NCBI RefSeq assembly: GCF_040938485.1
Contig: NW_027271795.1
Coordinates: 372,001-436,000 of the forward strand
Length of the DNA: 64,000 bases
Source: Diadema antillarum
Taxonomy: Eukaryota
Direction: 5' to 3'
A program made the translations under genes and the position numbers. A model generated the notes under the pieces. The model was not told the origin of the DNA and did no database searches. It saw only the letters and a list, made by a program, of their open reading frames with translations. Below, piece after piece: positions 22,733 to 42,859 of this stretch; the stretch's first letter is position 1; every line of letters begins with the position of its first letter.

Positions 22733-24527
22733 GTGAGATTTCAGTGTATGACCTACTCAATAATTGACATTGATTATTCACTGTAGGTAATTGTAAATTA
22801 TTTTCCAAAGGTCATTAACAGACACAATTTCTGTTTATAATAGCTGTGATAAATGTAAACACCATGATTATTAACAATATTATTACTCTTGTGGTGCCTT
22901 TTCTTTCCACGACATCTTGGTTCTGAAAACGATGTTCAACTTAAAGTAGTCTACGGCTTAGTATGACTATTAACGGAATCAAAGTGGGCCATGGGACGCA
23001 GCAAAGGGGGGTGTCAAGGTCAAGTCGATGGTAACACCGCCCCCCCCTTTTGTCAATTTTTTCCTTTTTTTCCGTTTTGATGATCTAGAAAGATGAGCCC
23101 CCCCCCCCCCCCCTTCCAATTCTATGGCCCTGGTCAAACATACATGTACACCAGTGTAATAATGCTCCATTCCCAGAATAAAGGGTGGGGGAGGGGGAGC
23201 AGAACTGCAGCTACAATTAGCAATAGACTAAATATTTCTACTGGTACTAGGGCACACACTCAATGGTTTCCTACAATTTTTTCCCTTTTTTCCCTTTTTT
23301 TTTCCATTTTGATGATCTAGAAAGATGAGGCCCCCCCCCCCCCTTCCAATTCTATGGCCCTGGTCAAACATACATGTACACCAGTGTAATATTAATGCTC
23401 CATTCCCAGAATAAAGGGTGGGGGAGGGGGAGCAGAACTGCAGCTAGCAATAGACTAAATATTTCTACTGGTACTAGGGCACACACTCAATGGTTTCCTA
23501 CCAGATCTATACACCAACTCTTTATGGATCAATATGGCTTGGAGTCAAGGGCTAGAAATTTTGAATTCTTATTGTGAAGACCACAGATATGTGATTATGG
23601 TTTCGTCAGTCTCGTATTGGCAAAGTTTTTGTAATGTCACAGAGTAAATGTTGATAATTGGTAGGCATAAACTTCATATAAGCAGCTATTATTATTATTA
23701 TTGTTATAAATGAATAAGTGGATTTTCTGTGTATTGTTTTCTTTTTTTGTTCGTACAGAGATCAGAAGAGAAAGCTCTACTCCATGCAGAAGTCGAGAAT
23801 GGAGAGAGAGTTCAGGAATGCACCCAGAGAACGCACCTTGTCATGGGATGCCATTCAGCAGATCAGATACCTCAAGCAAGAAGAGCCTGAGGAATGGTCA
23901 GTGGCCATGCTAGCAGAAAGCTTTGGTGTTGAGGAGGAGGTTATCAGGAAAGTACTGAAGAGCAGGTTCATGCCCAAAAAGGCTGTCAGGGCGAAACAGG
24001 ACCGTGCTGCTGCAAAGAACTCTGAATATCTGCCAAGCAAGACTTCGGCCAAAGTCCTTGCATTGAAAGCTTCTCAGGACGCCGTGCAGTCAACGGAGAG
24101 TCCTGCCATGCAGCAGATTGCATCGAGATCTGAGTCATCCACTGCACTCCAGACTAAGCCAAGTAATGTTACAAGCTACACCAAGTACAGTTCTAATGCA
24201 GATTCCCCTTTGCCCAGCACTCGCACCCCTCGTAGGCAAGAAAGAAAGAGCATGGACATTTCTCTGCCACAGAAGCATAGCCAGAAGAACGAAAACCGAC
24301 ATGACCAGAGTCAAGACAGTTATCAAAATTCTAAACATCAGAGGAGGCAGTCTTACATGACTAGTAAGCGGGAAATGCCGTCGGAAGCTGAGGCTGAGTT
24401 TACTTTTGGCAAATTTGACTTTGAGAACATAGACAGCCTGATGGGGCAGGTCACTTTGAAACCCCAGATTTTTCAAAAAGGTCGCAATTTCTACAATGAG
24501 AAAGGAGAGTTTTTGTATCGCATCTGA
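22305..24527 (+). CDS. NGRN: Neugrin (mitochondrial ribosome biogenesis factor), join(22305..22732,23759..24527), 398 aa
   Basis: Exon 2 has the neugrin core RTLSWDAIQQIRYLKQEEPEEWSVAMLAESFGVEEEVIRKVLKSRF and C-terminal GRNFYNEKGEFLYRI. The exon-1 donor AG|GTGAGA and acceptor tcgtacag| join in phase 2. Confidence 0.9.
23054..23500 (+). repeat. Tandem duplication (~220 bp x2) in the NGRN intron
   Basis: Units 23054-23273 and 23274-23500 are near-identical apart from small indels and homopolymer lengths. Confidence 0.9.
23759..24527 (+). CDS. NGRN: NGRN coding exon 2
   Basis: Polypyrimidine tract + CAG acceptor; neugrin domain; TGA at 24525-24527; AATAAA at 24651. Confidence 0.92.
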
Positions 24528-25664
24528 ACTCTGGTGAGAGCCATGCTATCCAAACAGAGAGTGAAGATTGATTATTGAATTGATTTGACTGGATTCTTGA
24601 TGCAATATTTGGTTATGATAGCTTTCAAAATATACTTTCATTGTAATGAAAATAAACAGAAATACCCCTAATAATTTTTTTTTTAGCTGATCTTCAATAG
24701 TCCACAATTTTGTATGTGTGTGTTGATCACATAATACACTGTATATCAATATACAGGTTGGTCATGCAGTAATTCTGTGTGCCAATTTGAGTTAAGTACT
24801 ATCAGTCCGTATCACCTGGATAGCTTCCCCAATCTCCTCATTTATGATATATTGCAGCATTCATGAATGTTGTCTGTCATTGACCATCCCTCACAATGTT
24901 ATTTTACATCCTCACATCATTCTGAGTTGAGACTTCAACACCCAATGTCTTGCCATCAGAATATTGTACTTAATGGTCTCTAGAAAACTGAAACTTTGTG
25001 TGTAAGTATCCTGAATGAAACAAAGGAAGCCTTGCTTCAATTCAGAATGTTTTGAATTTCATGAAAAGTGAAAGTTAGTATTCTCACATAATTAAGGAAA
25101 ACTTCGATTCTTTCAGTAATAACTACTGCAAATTCTTAACTTTCTGTTTTTTTAGGAGACAATGCCTTGAAAGACTGTGTTGTTAATATGATTGTCTAAT
25201 TCAATTTTAGCATACATCAGTTCAAATTCTGTCATGTACACTGTATTATCTAATCCAGAGCATGGTACATATTATTTTACTCAAAATATCATGGTCCTAT
25301 ATCAGTTCTGCATACTTGATATACACAAAATGCGTACCTCTGGTGTGTGCATTGTAAATGCATATTAAGTAGTCTGTAATGTTTTCACAAAGTTAGCAGT
25401 TTTAAACACATTTTAGTAATCAGCCATCATACATTGTAGTATGCTGTAAAAGTCACTTGACCAAGATGCTAGCACTGTGTCTGCTGGACACCAAATTACA
25501 ATGTTGATGCTATACATACATGTACGTTGTACATGTACATGTGTATACCAATTGTGGTTGTCAGACAGTCATATTTGCATTATGATAGTAGCCTTATTCA
25601 TATCATGTACTGTACGCCTACAATACAGGTGTATGTCACTCCACTTTCATCAGTCTACTACATA

Positions 25665-25873
25665 CTGTAAAAGTGGATATTTTCGTGCGACTAATTTTTC
25701 GCGCTTGGCCTGGTCAGAAGAGTTTCGCATGTTTTTAATTCCGTGGAATCTAGACGTCACGCACAGGAACATATGGCAAGCAAAAATATTCGCGGGCTTT
25801 TATTTTCGTGCTAGTTTCTGGTTGCGCGAAATGCGCGAAAATTTCAACAGCGCAAAAATTTCCACTTTTACAG
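25665..25873. mobile_element. 209-bp TA-flanked MITE, CTGTAAAAGTGGA family (copy B, inverted relative to A)
   Basis: Same TIR, length and TA duplication as 5625-5833. Confidence 0.88.
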
Positions 25874-26233
25874 TATTGTGCTTTATACCAGCTTTTATTT
25901 TGAAACTTTCTCTATTGAGCTTTGAGTATACTCTCATGTGGAGTTCTGTTCAAGTTTGCGATGTAGTTACAGTTTTGTATGTATGCATAGATGTTACAAA
26001 TTTTCAATGACCTAATGGTACATGTACTTTGTACAGTTGTATTTTATACTAGCCAAATAGCATGATGTTGATGCATGCATTTGAGCATTATATCTGTGAG
26101 TAATTACAGCAACATTGACATACAGTGTATAGGGCTGGGGAAATAAAACGAGGAAGTTACATGCATGTGAAAGTTGGAAAAAAAAACCACCACTACGTCT
26201 ATACATGTACACTACATTAGTAAAAATTAAAGG

Positions 26234-26418
26234 CAGGGGTCGCACTTAACTTTTTTTTTTAACTAGCCAGGCGGACTACTTAGAATCAATTTTAACACTG
26301 AAGCAATATTTTGGCAAGCCAGACGGACCAGTAACGTCAGAATTTTATGATTTTTAGCTAGTCCGACGTGATTTTGGGTGGCCAATGGCCAGCGGACCAT
26401 CGCCAATTTCGAACCCTG
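26234..26418. mobile_element. hAT-like MITE remnant
   Basis: CAGGGGTCG...CGAACCCTG termini; no clear target duplication. Confidence 0.4.
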
Positions 26419-27052
26419 AAAGTAGTATTTTACAAAAAAGTAAATTACTGTTATTTATGAAATTCAAATCATTTGTCCACACTGATGGAGGACTGAAAGT
26501 TTTGACAATTTTTTTTTCATTAATTTTTTTTCTTTACTGTGACATAGTAAACAATCTGAACTTACTACCCTGTACTTTCTTTGACATACTTTTATGAGTA
26601 CACTGTCAAGATACATTTACTAGAATTTAGGAGGGATGAACTAAGGGCACATTTGTGACCTGAAATTGTTGATGAGTCTTATCTTTCATGAGAAATAACC
26701 CAACAAGAGAACATGGAATTGCAGGCTGGAAGTTAGTAAAAAGTTTTGACTTGAGTTTTGACTTGCATAGAAGTAAGAAAAATGTATTTTGTTTTCTTGA
26801 CATTTATGAAGGGACCATTTCTTTCCTTCTGATTTTAGTAACTTATACATGTGTACTGTACATGTATCATTGAAATGTCATGTACAAAACATAGTAATGT
26901 AGGAAATGTACTGTACGAAGATGTGATGGTGACATTTCATGCATATAAGCAGACGAGTGTTTTCCAATTAACATCACAGTTACTGGTGGCATCCACAGTC
27001 TCTGTACCCATTGACTACACTGATATATTATGTAGATGATTAAGTCTTTATG

Positions 27053-27269
27053 CAGGGCTGCCAACCTTGTAAACAGCATTGCAGTATTCTGAGTGTTGAA
27101 AAGGCACTATTTCAGTGGAAAAACAGTATTTTCTCATTTTCTGCAATAGATATGTGTGGTAATACAATTTAGGACAGTATTTTCCAATGAAACCTGCAGT
27201 ATTTTTGGCAAAAACTTAAAAAAAAAAAAAAAAAAAAACTGAAACAGTTACAACTGTGTAGCATCCCTG
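27053..27269. mobile_element. hAT-like MITE (CAGGG..GCCAAC family)
   Basis: CAGGGCTGCCAAC...GCATCCCTG termini, TTTATG on both flanks; related inverted copy at 48804-49014. Confidence 0.6.
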
Positions 27270-27794
27270 TTTATGTGATTTCATGTTGTATACAATAGCA
27301 TTGATATGTTCTTTAATTGCTTGAATTCAAACTTCTATTTGGGTTATAATCTCCCTTGTTTATTCAAAGACTGTATACACATAGGACTCCATGTTGTTTG
27401 TTATTGTACAGTGTAATTGTCTAGAATGTGCCAATCAAAATATTTGAATATGTACTGATGTAAAATTTCCTGGTTTCAGAAACAGTGCAAAGATGACAAC
27501 TTGGGTTCATGTGAATTCATTGCCCTTACCAAAGAATAAATTGTGAAATTTGAAGAAAAAAAAAAAGAAGCCATGTGTATGATTGTACTTTGCTGCTTGG
27601 ATATCCTGACTTCTGATCTTTAAACATTTCATCTTATTGACATTAACTGAATCTTTGAATTCATTTCAGATTTCACTTCAAATAAAACTGTACATTCACA
27701 AGTTGACATGCAACCCCACACTGAAGTTAAATTCAATGTGGAGTGGCATTTCTTTAACATCAGACAGAACACAAGAAATTTCATTAAGACTGAT

Positions 27795-27933
27795 NNNNNN
27801 NNNNNNNNNNNNNNNNNNNNNNNNNNNNNNNNNNNNNNNNNNNNNNNNNNNNNNNNNNNNNNNNNNNNNNNNNNNNNNNNNNNNNNNNNNNNNNNNNNNN
27901 NNNNNNNNNNNNNNNNNNNNNNNNNNNNNNNNN
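27795..27933. other. Assembly gap (139 N)
   Basis: Run of N. Confidence 1.
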
Positions 27934-29540
27934 TCCATAATAATGCAGATTTGAGGTAATGTCATTCCTCATAATTTGAAACCAATACTGTTGGTATATT
28001 AAAGTTTTGTTGAAAATATATATAATACAACTCTTAAAACACAGTGTACCATAACTCCATGTAAAGATTATATATACGCTGTATATATAATCTATTATAT
28101 TATATTGTCGAAATAAAGATTGACACACAACCACCTTTCTCCTTAGAATCATTGCCAAATTGTTACAATTCTACAATGATTTGAAGGGAAGGATATGTAT
28201 GATATCTGCTGAAAGATTGAAATTAAGTGAAGATGTGTGGTAGCATTGACATGTACATCTGTATCTGTATGAACACAAAACCTGTAAAGTCTCAAGATTC
28301 CAGACATTTGGTCTGATTTCGATTGTATATGAGTTTATTTCTCACCTCGGACATAAGAACAGTAACTGGAAAAACAAAGATATAGGCAATGTATTTCCTT
28401 TAATGACACAAGTCGCTAAAAGAAAAACATATTTCTTTTACACATATGAATTGAAAATACACATTCAATATTTTTAGTCATGGACTTATGACACTAAGTC
28501 TTTTTTTCCCTGTTTTTTTCTTTGCTCTCTAGAGACACAATATACATCTAATTACAGCCGCACTGCCATATGTTGCTTATACAACACAAGACACACAACT
28601 TTCTTATGTATGCATAGATTAGTGCACATCATACAATACATTCACATAGCTGCTACAGCTGTATGTGTAGAGTCAACTTCACACAGCATAACACGATCAC
28701 CTCATCAGCACATGTCGACCAACATGTTTTGGTTTTTTTTATTCTTATTCTTCAGTTAGTCAGTCAGTCAGTCAGTCAGCAAGTCCTTAGTAATGATGTT
28801 TTACACATAACAGACACACAATTTCAGAGCAGAGAGAAATTGAATCCTTCAGTTGATTCTTGTTCAAGATTTTGTAGGCTATTGCTCCCCAATTCTGAGA
28901 GCACACTGCTTCATGGACATGGTGCAACATAGCTTGAACCAAATTCATACATGTGAGGTATTTTGATCAAAATAAAATTGTATGGCAAGTACAGACAATG
29001 GAATGAAAATCTATACACAAACATTATGAGATATGTTAACTAAGCTTTAACAGAATACCGGTACTGTCTTACAAGAGAAACTGTGCAGACATTTTTGTAC
29101 AGCAGCTTAATTTCTCCTGGGTTTTTGAACGTGATAATGTAAAATCTTCAGAGCTGAAAATACAAGAAGGATCTTGCCGTGCAGTCATGTCATACCTCCT
29201 GTATTGTAGAGAAGAGCATTAAACTGTAGAGTTTTGATATTGTTTCTAATACTTCTAAAAGGTTACACGTTTCATCATTATGTATCTGTAAGTCAAGAAC
29301 AGTTATTGTGTATTATGCGATTTTGATGAAGCAAGATTCAAATTCATTTCCCAACTCTTATCAGTCGAATTGCACTGTACACATAATATTTCACCCATAG
29401 ATTTATTCCATTTTTCATTACATCATTCAAAAACTTCATACTTTGTCCTTGGTCCACTGTCATACGAGGTTGCCCTTCCATAATGAGCCATTTGTTCCGA
29501 CTGGCCTGCCATACATCTCTCTGCATGACTGACATTACTA

Positions 29541-29700
29541 CAGTCAACTCGCATAAGTCAAATAATCGCCTAAGTCAAAGGTCTTTTCAAGTCCTCTTCT
29601 CTTTATACTCTATTGATTTTTAATCCCTCCTAAGTCAAATTTCTATAAGTCGAAGCTATTTCTTCAGTCCACATAGATTTAACTTAGGCAAGGTCGACTG
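29541..29700. mobile_element. 160-bp Tc1/mariner-type MITE
   Basis: TA|CAGTCAAC...GTCGACTG|TA; repeated (C)TAAGTC motifs. Confidence 0.75.
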
Positions 29701-30757
29701 TAGCTGCATCACACTGTAAACTGGTACACAAGGCCCTGTCCTTAACATAACATCTCACACTCCACTGTTGCATTTTAAAAGCATGTGATGACATTACTGT
29801 ATATCGACTCTTGCTTCTCTATCTACAGTCTACCAGAAAAGGCATCTATATTTGCAGCTTGACAATTTTGTTTCAACATTTCCACTGTACTGTCTTCATG
29901 CTTCAGCTGCCACTTCATTCATTTTTCTACTGAACTAGACCGCAAAGTTCCACATTTCCCATTAACTTCCACTTTATCTTCAAACTACACCCCAAAGATT
30001 TTACAGCCACTTGCCTGTATAAACACAAGTTTTGCCTAGCCCTGAAAGTACAGCAAGTCCAACACAAATACGAGATGACATGGAAGAAAACATCCTTCCT
30101 TTATCAACTCGACGGACACGTTACCACAAGTCAAACATTCTTTAAAACTGTTAGTGTGCAAATTCAGAGATCGACTTTAGTTGCAAACATGTTGACGTGC
30201 TTGTTTCTTCAGGTTTGTATTTCATTCAGTGCTTTTATCAAAGAGAAGATTTCAACATAACTTCCAAGCTCTATGTTTGTCTGATAGAGACCTCATCTCT
30301 TTGCTTGTTTTCTAAAATCCTAATCAAATCTTTTTTTCACCTGCAAAGCCTGTTTAAAGCCAGTGGGTCAAAGTCACATGATGATTTCATTGCATTTCTT
30401 CATTTTTTTTCTCTCTTACAGTTCCTAATTCAGGCTGAATCTTCACGCACTCTCCATCTTGCTAAACAGTCAGCTTTATGAGTGATCCACATAAATTACA
30501 TGAACCTGTACTTTCCTTTGAAGATTACTATTTTAACCTTAAAAAAAGAACTTCATTTCAATTTTCACTTTGCATTCAGTTACTAATAGGTGTCAAACAA
30601 ACAAACAAACAAACAGGGCATTGCTTCTTCATTCAGGTTGAGACATTTATAGAGCCGTCAGTTCAGTTAAAAGTTCGCATTCTGTCTTCTCTAAAACATG
30701 GCAAATACTCTCAAAATTTGAAGCACCTTTCTACATCCATGACAACACTGAACAGTA

Positions 30758-30944
30758 CAGTGCACTCCCGTTATAATGAACAAGGTTATAACGAAATTCT
30801 TGTTACAACAAAATAAAAATTCAGGTCAAAAAATTATTATTTTACATATGCTTACACTCTATACTCTTCGGTATATGACAACATTTCTATACAATGGAAG
30901 AAAACCGCTGGTCCCGAAGACTTCATTATAATGGGAGTACACTG
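30758..30944. mobile_element. 187-bp Tc1/mariner-type MITE
   Basis: TIR CAGTGCACTCCCGTTATAATGAA / TTCATTATAATGGGAGTACACTG; a right-end fragment of the same family lies near 52366-52391. Confidence 0.78.
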
Positions 30945-32575
30945 CAACATGTCAGCATAGAATGAACTGCTCAGAACATAGTGTGCAGAATTTTCGCTCG
31001 GTCCTTCCCTACCTCACATAAGGCCCGGGTTTTCTTTTAAGGCATTCCAACAAGCAGGACGAGACATCCCCTGTCACATCAACACATATACATTCTTTTA
31101 AAGAAGGCAATTATATTTCAATTGGGGATCCACTGTAACATCACAAACATACAGGTATTTTCACCTTTGATGCACCACTGAAAGTGGCACCATTCATATA
31201 TTGTATATATAATTTAAAAAAAATGCAGATAATTTTGTAGTACCTTGTGATACCTTTTCAAGTACATGTTTGAGCCATTTTCAAACTAAATGCATTTGGA
31301 ACGACGCAAACATGAAATATTACACACATACAATAGTGAAACTGACATTAAATTCAGTTGGAAACTAGAGAAGTCATGACACCTTTAAATTCAAATGTCA
31401 TCAGTGAATCATAATATTGATCACAAAGGCAGGCTCTAAGCAGATTAGTGAGATAAAGATCTCATCACCAACAACTGTATACCAAGCATTTTGTATGTGA
31501 CATTAATCACAAACTGCATTTAGCTAGTCATGCAAAATTCTGTCAATTGCTTTGTAAGACTTCTGTATACCCTGGTAAAGATTATTCTACATGCATTGTC
31601 TGACAAGAAGGTAGGTCATATTTTACTATTTCAAAATTGCCATATTGCGAGTCTGAAAAAAAATGTGCCAAATAAAAGGTGAGTGGTGGAGGCAATGATA
31701 TCACGACATTGATAATTTGCTATTCTATGTGCATCCCATGTGACATGTGTGGAGATTTAATCAAATCTGTCAACTACATGCCTTTCATATTATCACTTCC
31801 TCTTCTCTGATTTTCATACACTGTGCACCACCTTTATAGGTACAACCTTTTACACGCTTTTATATAAAATCAACTGAAAATGACATGGATTTGTACTTTC
31901 AGCAATATTGCATAGCCTGACTAAGGGATGGGGGTTAGGGAAGAGGTAGAAGGGGGAAGGAAAGTAACCTTGGGATGACCACTGTATTTTCTGGAAGGAG
32001 GCACAAATAACAAGAAATACATATTGATGGAGGAAGAACAGTGACAAAGCTAGCAAATAGTACTATTCACTTGCTTTTAATTTTCACAAGTTACAGTTTA
32101 GGCTACATAAACAAACCTAGAGTTAAAGTAGTATAAGATAATGACAAAACTTTAAAACCAGGGAGGAGATATACAAAAAGAAAAAAATTCTACAGAAAAT
32201 GAAGATTTTAATTACTTTTTCGTTTACAATTCATAAATGAAGATTTCATAAATAATTAATTAGCACCTAAAAAGTGATAAAAAAGGAAATTCTATAATGT
32301 GAATCCTAACATGTCATTGCATAATCACATGGTAGTTTGATTTCTGAAAAAAAAAAAATCATGATTTTTTTTTTACTGCTTTGCTCATGTTGTCTGCCAT
32401 TTAACAAAGAAACTGCAAGAAAGTTGATTTGTACATAGTAATTGACTATATATTTTAAATTGTCTTTTGTTTTAGGTGGGAATCCTATCAGATTTGTAGC
32501 GCATCTGTTGTAGGTAGTTACCCAAGCCTCGCAGGTAATACTGCAGCCAATGGGTCGCTTCTTCCTTTGACTATT

Positions 32576-32896
32576 AGGGAACTTTAGATTTGCTGCGCAG
32601 ACATTTGAGACGAGTGCATTGGACATTCTCCTCTCTCCCTGCGTCATGCTGGAAATTAGCTTTAGATTAAGTGGAGACGCAACCTATACAAAATAAAATG
32701 GCACCCCCATTATGATCTAAGCATCAAGTAGCACTCTACGTCGTGAATTGAGCGGATGTAAAAATAGCCCAGAATGTGTAGTGCAAACTTAGAAAATGCA
32801 AGCTATAAATAGATCGAATTTGATAAGCGATTCTGCGTATGCTCAGAACAGGTTTTTCCCTCTGAACATCCCTGTCGCAAAATTCTAAAGCTCCCT
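32576..32896. mobile_element. 321-bp PIF/Harbinger-group MITE with ATT (ANT) duplication, downstream of the PGGT1B stop
   Basis: ATT|AGGGAACTTTAG...CTAAAGCTCCCT|ATT. Confidence 0.7.
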
Positions 32897-33260
32897 ATTG
32901 TTCTCAGAAGCGCAACTATGGGACAAAGGGAATATGATACTGTAATAATAATGCAATCATACAAATTGTCATTCATGTATTCAATATATTGAAAACTTCA
33001 AGCCTTTTGTTTATGTTGCTCACAATCAGCTGAGGAACACACAGTAATAATCACAACTTGAAGCACACCAACCTGAAGATGGAATGATGAGTGGCTTTTT
33101 GAAGAACAGTTAAAAGAGATCAAGATGACTGGCCAGTACCCAAAATCAACAATGCAATCCTACAGGACTACAGAGCACAACAAACATATTTGTATAAAAT
33201 AAATCCACTAGTTGTTATTATCTTCTCTCTGTACAAGACGTCACTGCATTGGAGCCGGCC

Positions 33261-39760
<6,500 letters not shown>

Positions 39761-40202
39761 GATGAACGAAGAAATTTTAACCAGACAGAGGTCTACATGA
39801 ACTAACATTGAAAGCACAAAGTACAGTAATGGATACCTGACACTTGTAATAACGTGCAAGACTGCTATACCCGCATAAATACGAGTAAAATAAAAGCCAG
39901 AAACATACTAAACAGCGTTGTGAAAACACACAAAGAAAATAGATAAAGAAAAGCACAAAGCTAGGCGTGGTATACTATGTAGGCCTAATAGGGCTTCACA
40001 GAGGTATGTACAACTTCCGTGTAGCCACCTAGAGCCCCGCCTCTGAGTTGGCTCATTTCTGCAAATCTATAGATTAATGAATGGGCAACGTGTGGGGTCT
40101 ATATAATCATATTTGCACATACAGAGCCTATCTCAATAATAAAATATATCCCCCACGTACATATCCGTTCACCAATACTAATAGTTGGCCTGTAATAGGC
40201 CT

Positions 40203-40208
40203 ATAGAT

Positions 40209-40288
<80 letters not shown>

Positions 40289-40336
40289 GACCTAGATAGA
40301 TAAATATAGATAGATATACAGTATAGACAGACAGAC

Positions 40337-40395
<59 letters not shown>

Positions 40396-40403
40396 TAGAT
40401 AGA
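40203..40403. repeat. Compound microsatellite (GATA)n-(GACA)n-(TA)n
   Basis: Direct inspection. Confidence 0.97.
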
Positions 40404-42479
40404 TCATATTGCCAAGGTATACTGCATGGTATGTGTTTCTTTTGAACATAATTGTATATAAGTCGAAAACATATTATTCTAATTAAATTATTACAGTTTT
40501 GTAGGAACCTGTAGCGACGATGAAAAAGAAGTTTCATTTGCTATAACGACCAAAGCGTCGAGTATCTCTAATGCAATTGCGTTAAAAAAAAGGGGGAGAG
40601 AGATGATGATATCATCACAATGTGTGATGGAATTATAATATTTCATAACTTTCTCATAAAATCCGATTTTGATGAAATTTTTTATCATCCTGTCTTCTTT
40701 TTTTAATGACTTATACTTGCGGCACCGGCGTCAAATGAGAAAAAGTAAAAGAAAAGAAGTACAAAGGGTCTGTTTCTCAGACATACGGTATTATCAATGA
40801 ATGCCCCCCCCCCAAAAAAAATAATAAGAAGAAGAAGAAAATCAAAGGGAAAATGGGGGAGGATGTTTCCTTTTGTCTGCATTTAGGGGTCCTTTTTCAC
40901 GTGATAGGTTTTCGACATCCCCTTACAATAAAGTAAAATTTAAAAGAATGATAAGAAGAGCACATAACTAGCCAAGTGGTGGATTAAATTCAATTAAATC
41001 TGACATCCCATAACTTATTCCTTATTGTATTTCAGGAAAGTGTTATTTTGCTGTTATTTTCCGACCATAGCTATATCATAGAAGAAACATCTATCAAACA
41101 ACGAAGGGTAAGATATAACTGATTATGGGACCATAACAATACGCCATTTAGGTCCGATGTGACCCCCATGTTGGCATACCAGTTGGTATACGGGCGTGTG
41201 GCGCCATGGGAGTTCAAATTGATGCTAATTGTTATATCCATTATGCCATTTTATATATTAAAAAAGAAAATCAATTTCAGGAGGGCAGGTGCCGGTGGCT
41301 GTACATTTAAGGTGAAGTTTCCCAGTGCAGGGATATTTAGAAGAATACATCAGTGAAGTTCGGGAGAAAAATCTGACAATCCGTTCGAAGGTTAGTGAAT
41401 TACTATGGCACAATTTCATTGACTTTATACTCAGCCCTGTCGCTGCTATATACTAAAAGTCGTCGTCTGGTCGGGCTATGGCACAATATTTAAATGAGTT
41501 GTCATTATCATTTCGAGTATTTTACTTTTAAAGTTTTGGTGCCACCATTGCTGAATGAGAAGAATTCAACAGTTCGTGACGTCACTTGCGCAGAACAACG
41601 ATTTAAGAAATACTAAGATATTTCCACAAAATTTAATTGTTTATGGTGGTATATAAAAAAAACGTTGACTTTGTGTACTATGTGCAATGGTCAATGACAT
41701 ATAGGACTAATCTTATAATAAGGGTAAAGTTACTCCTTTGCTTTCTTAATGAGGCATCAATAACCGCTTATTGCTCTTTCATTGCACTAGATTTTTTTTT
41801 TATTCCTTTACTCTTCACATTGTTGTCCTACCGTGGATGTGACAGTCTTTTCATCCAGTATATGGTTATACCAAGGAGGTTCGAGAAATGGAGTCATGCA
41901 CAACAGTCTTATTCGCTTTGATCCCATGCTCGAAGCCGCCACTAAAAAAATATTTGAAGTAAAGTATAATGTGTCAAACTGGATCTGCCGCTCAGATGCA
42001 AAGACAATTGACTCGTGTCTCATTGCAAAATCACCAGCCACTTTCCAAGGAAGATAAATGTCTTTGTGATGGTAATTACTTTTCGCTATCCCTACTTACA
42101 AACGATGGGCGGTATAGACAGTGGTAAAGGCACGGGGGTGCGCGAATAGAAATTGCTCAAATATTGCTGAAATAGATATCAAAATTACTCGACTGTACGT
42201 GTCTGTACGCTAAACTGACAATCTATAAAGAACTATACTGGAAGATGATACCCATATTAGTTTCATTTGGCGGAAATAAGGAGAAAGTGATAAAACCGGC
42301 TTTCCATGAGGGTAAAATTTCAAACATACAAAAAATACAGCTCAAATTTACACTTTTGCACATTTTCATATGCTTTATCATTAGGTGAAATTTCATTGCA
42401 TTAATTGATAAAACGAGCAGCATGTAATACCCAATATTATGTTAGCGTTAGAAATGAATCTTCAGATTGCTCAGAAAGA

Positions 42480-42790
42480 TGGCGGCTTCAAGCATCGAAC
42501 ATCAAAAGCACAAACGCACCTGTGGACTTCTTTTGTCCATCCACAGAAAACTGACAGCTGATTGAATGATTATAGTCAGTTGCAACTCCATCTCTCGAGC
42601 CTCCTTGGTTATACACAAACTTTACAAATTCATATAACTTTTGAACGGATTGTGAGATTTCCTCAAACATCGGCAATGCAATTAATATAATTTAGTGGAA
42701 ACTTAATGAATGAAATGAAATGAAATGAAATGGAAAGAATTGTGTTATACTAGATATTGCTGCATTCACTCAATCACCATGTTAATTGTC
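42480..42790. mobile_element. Remnant of a TTAA/Kolobok-type MITE upstream of the NCLN promoter
   Basis: ATAACTTTTGAACGGATTGT and TATTGCTGCATTCACTCAA match the right arm of 61466-62020; interrupted by (TGAAA)n. Confidence 0.55.
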
Positions 42791-42859
42791 TTAGGGAAAA
42801 GTTTTTGTCTTGGAGAAAAGTTTCTGGGCTCGACACGAAGATCTATGTAGCGAGGTGAG

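Noticed and set aside
27637-28158. ORFs spanning X runs
   Set aside because: Artefacts of the 139-N gap.
28346-28365. Minus-strand 20-nt unit with acceptor and GAG|GTGAGA donor, downstream of the PGGT1B stop
   Set aside because: Isolated, with no partner exons. Kept as a reminder that micro-exon-like sites arise by chance, which tempers the nested-transcript finding.
40201-40537. ORFs with YI/SIYL repeats
   Set aside because: Translations of (GATA)n and (TA)n.
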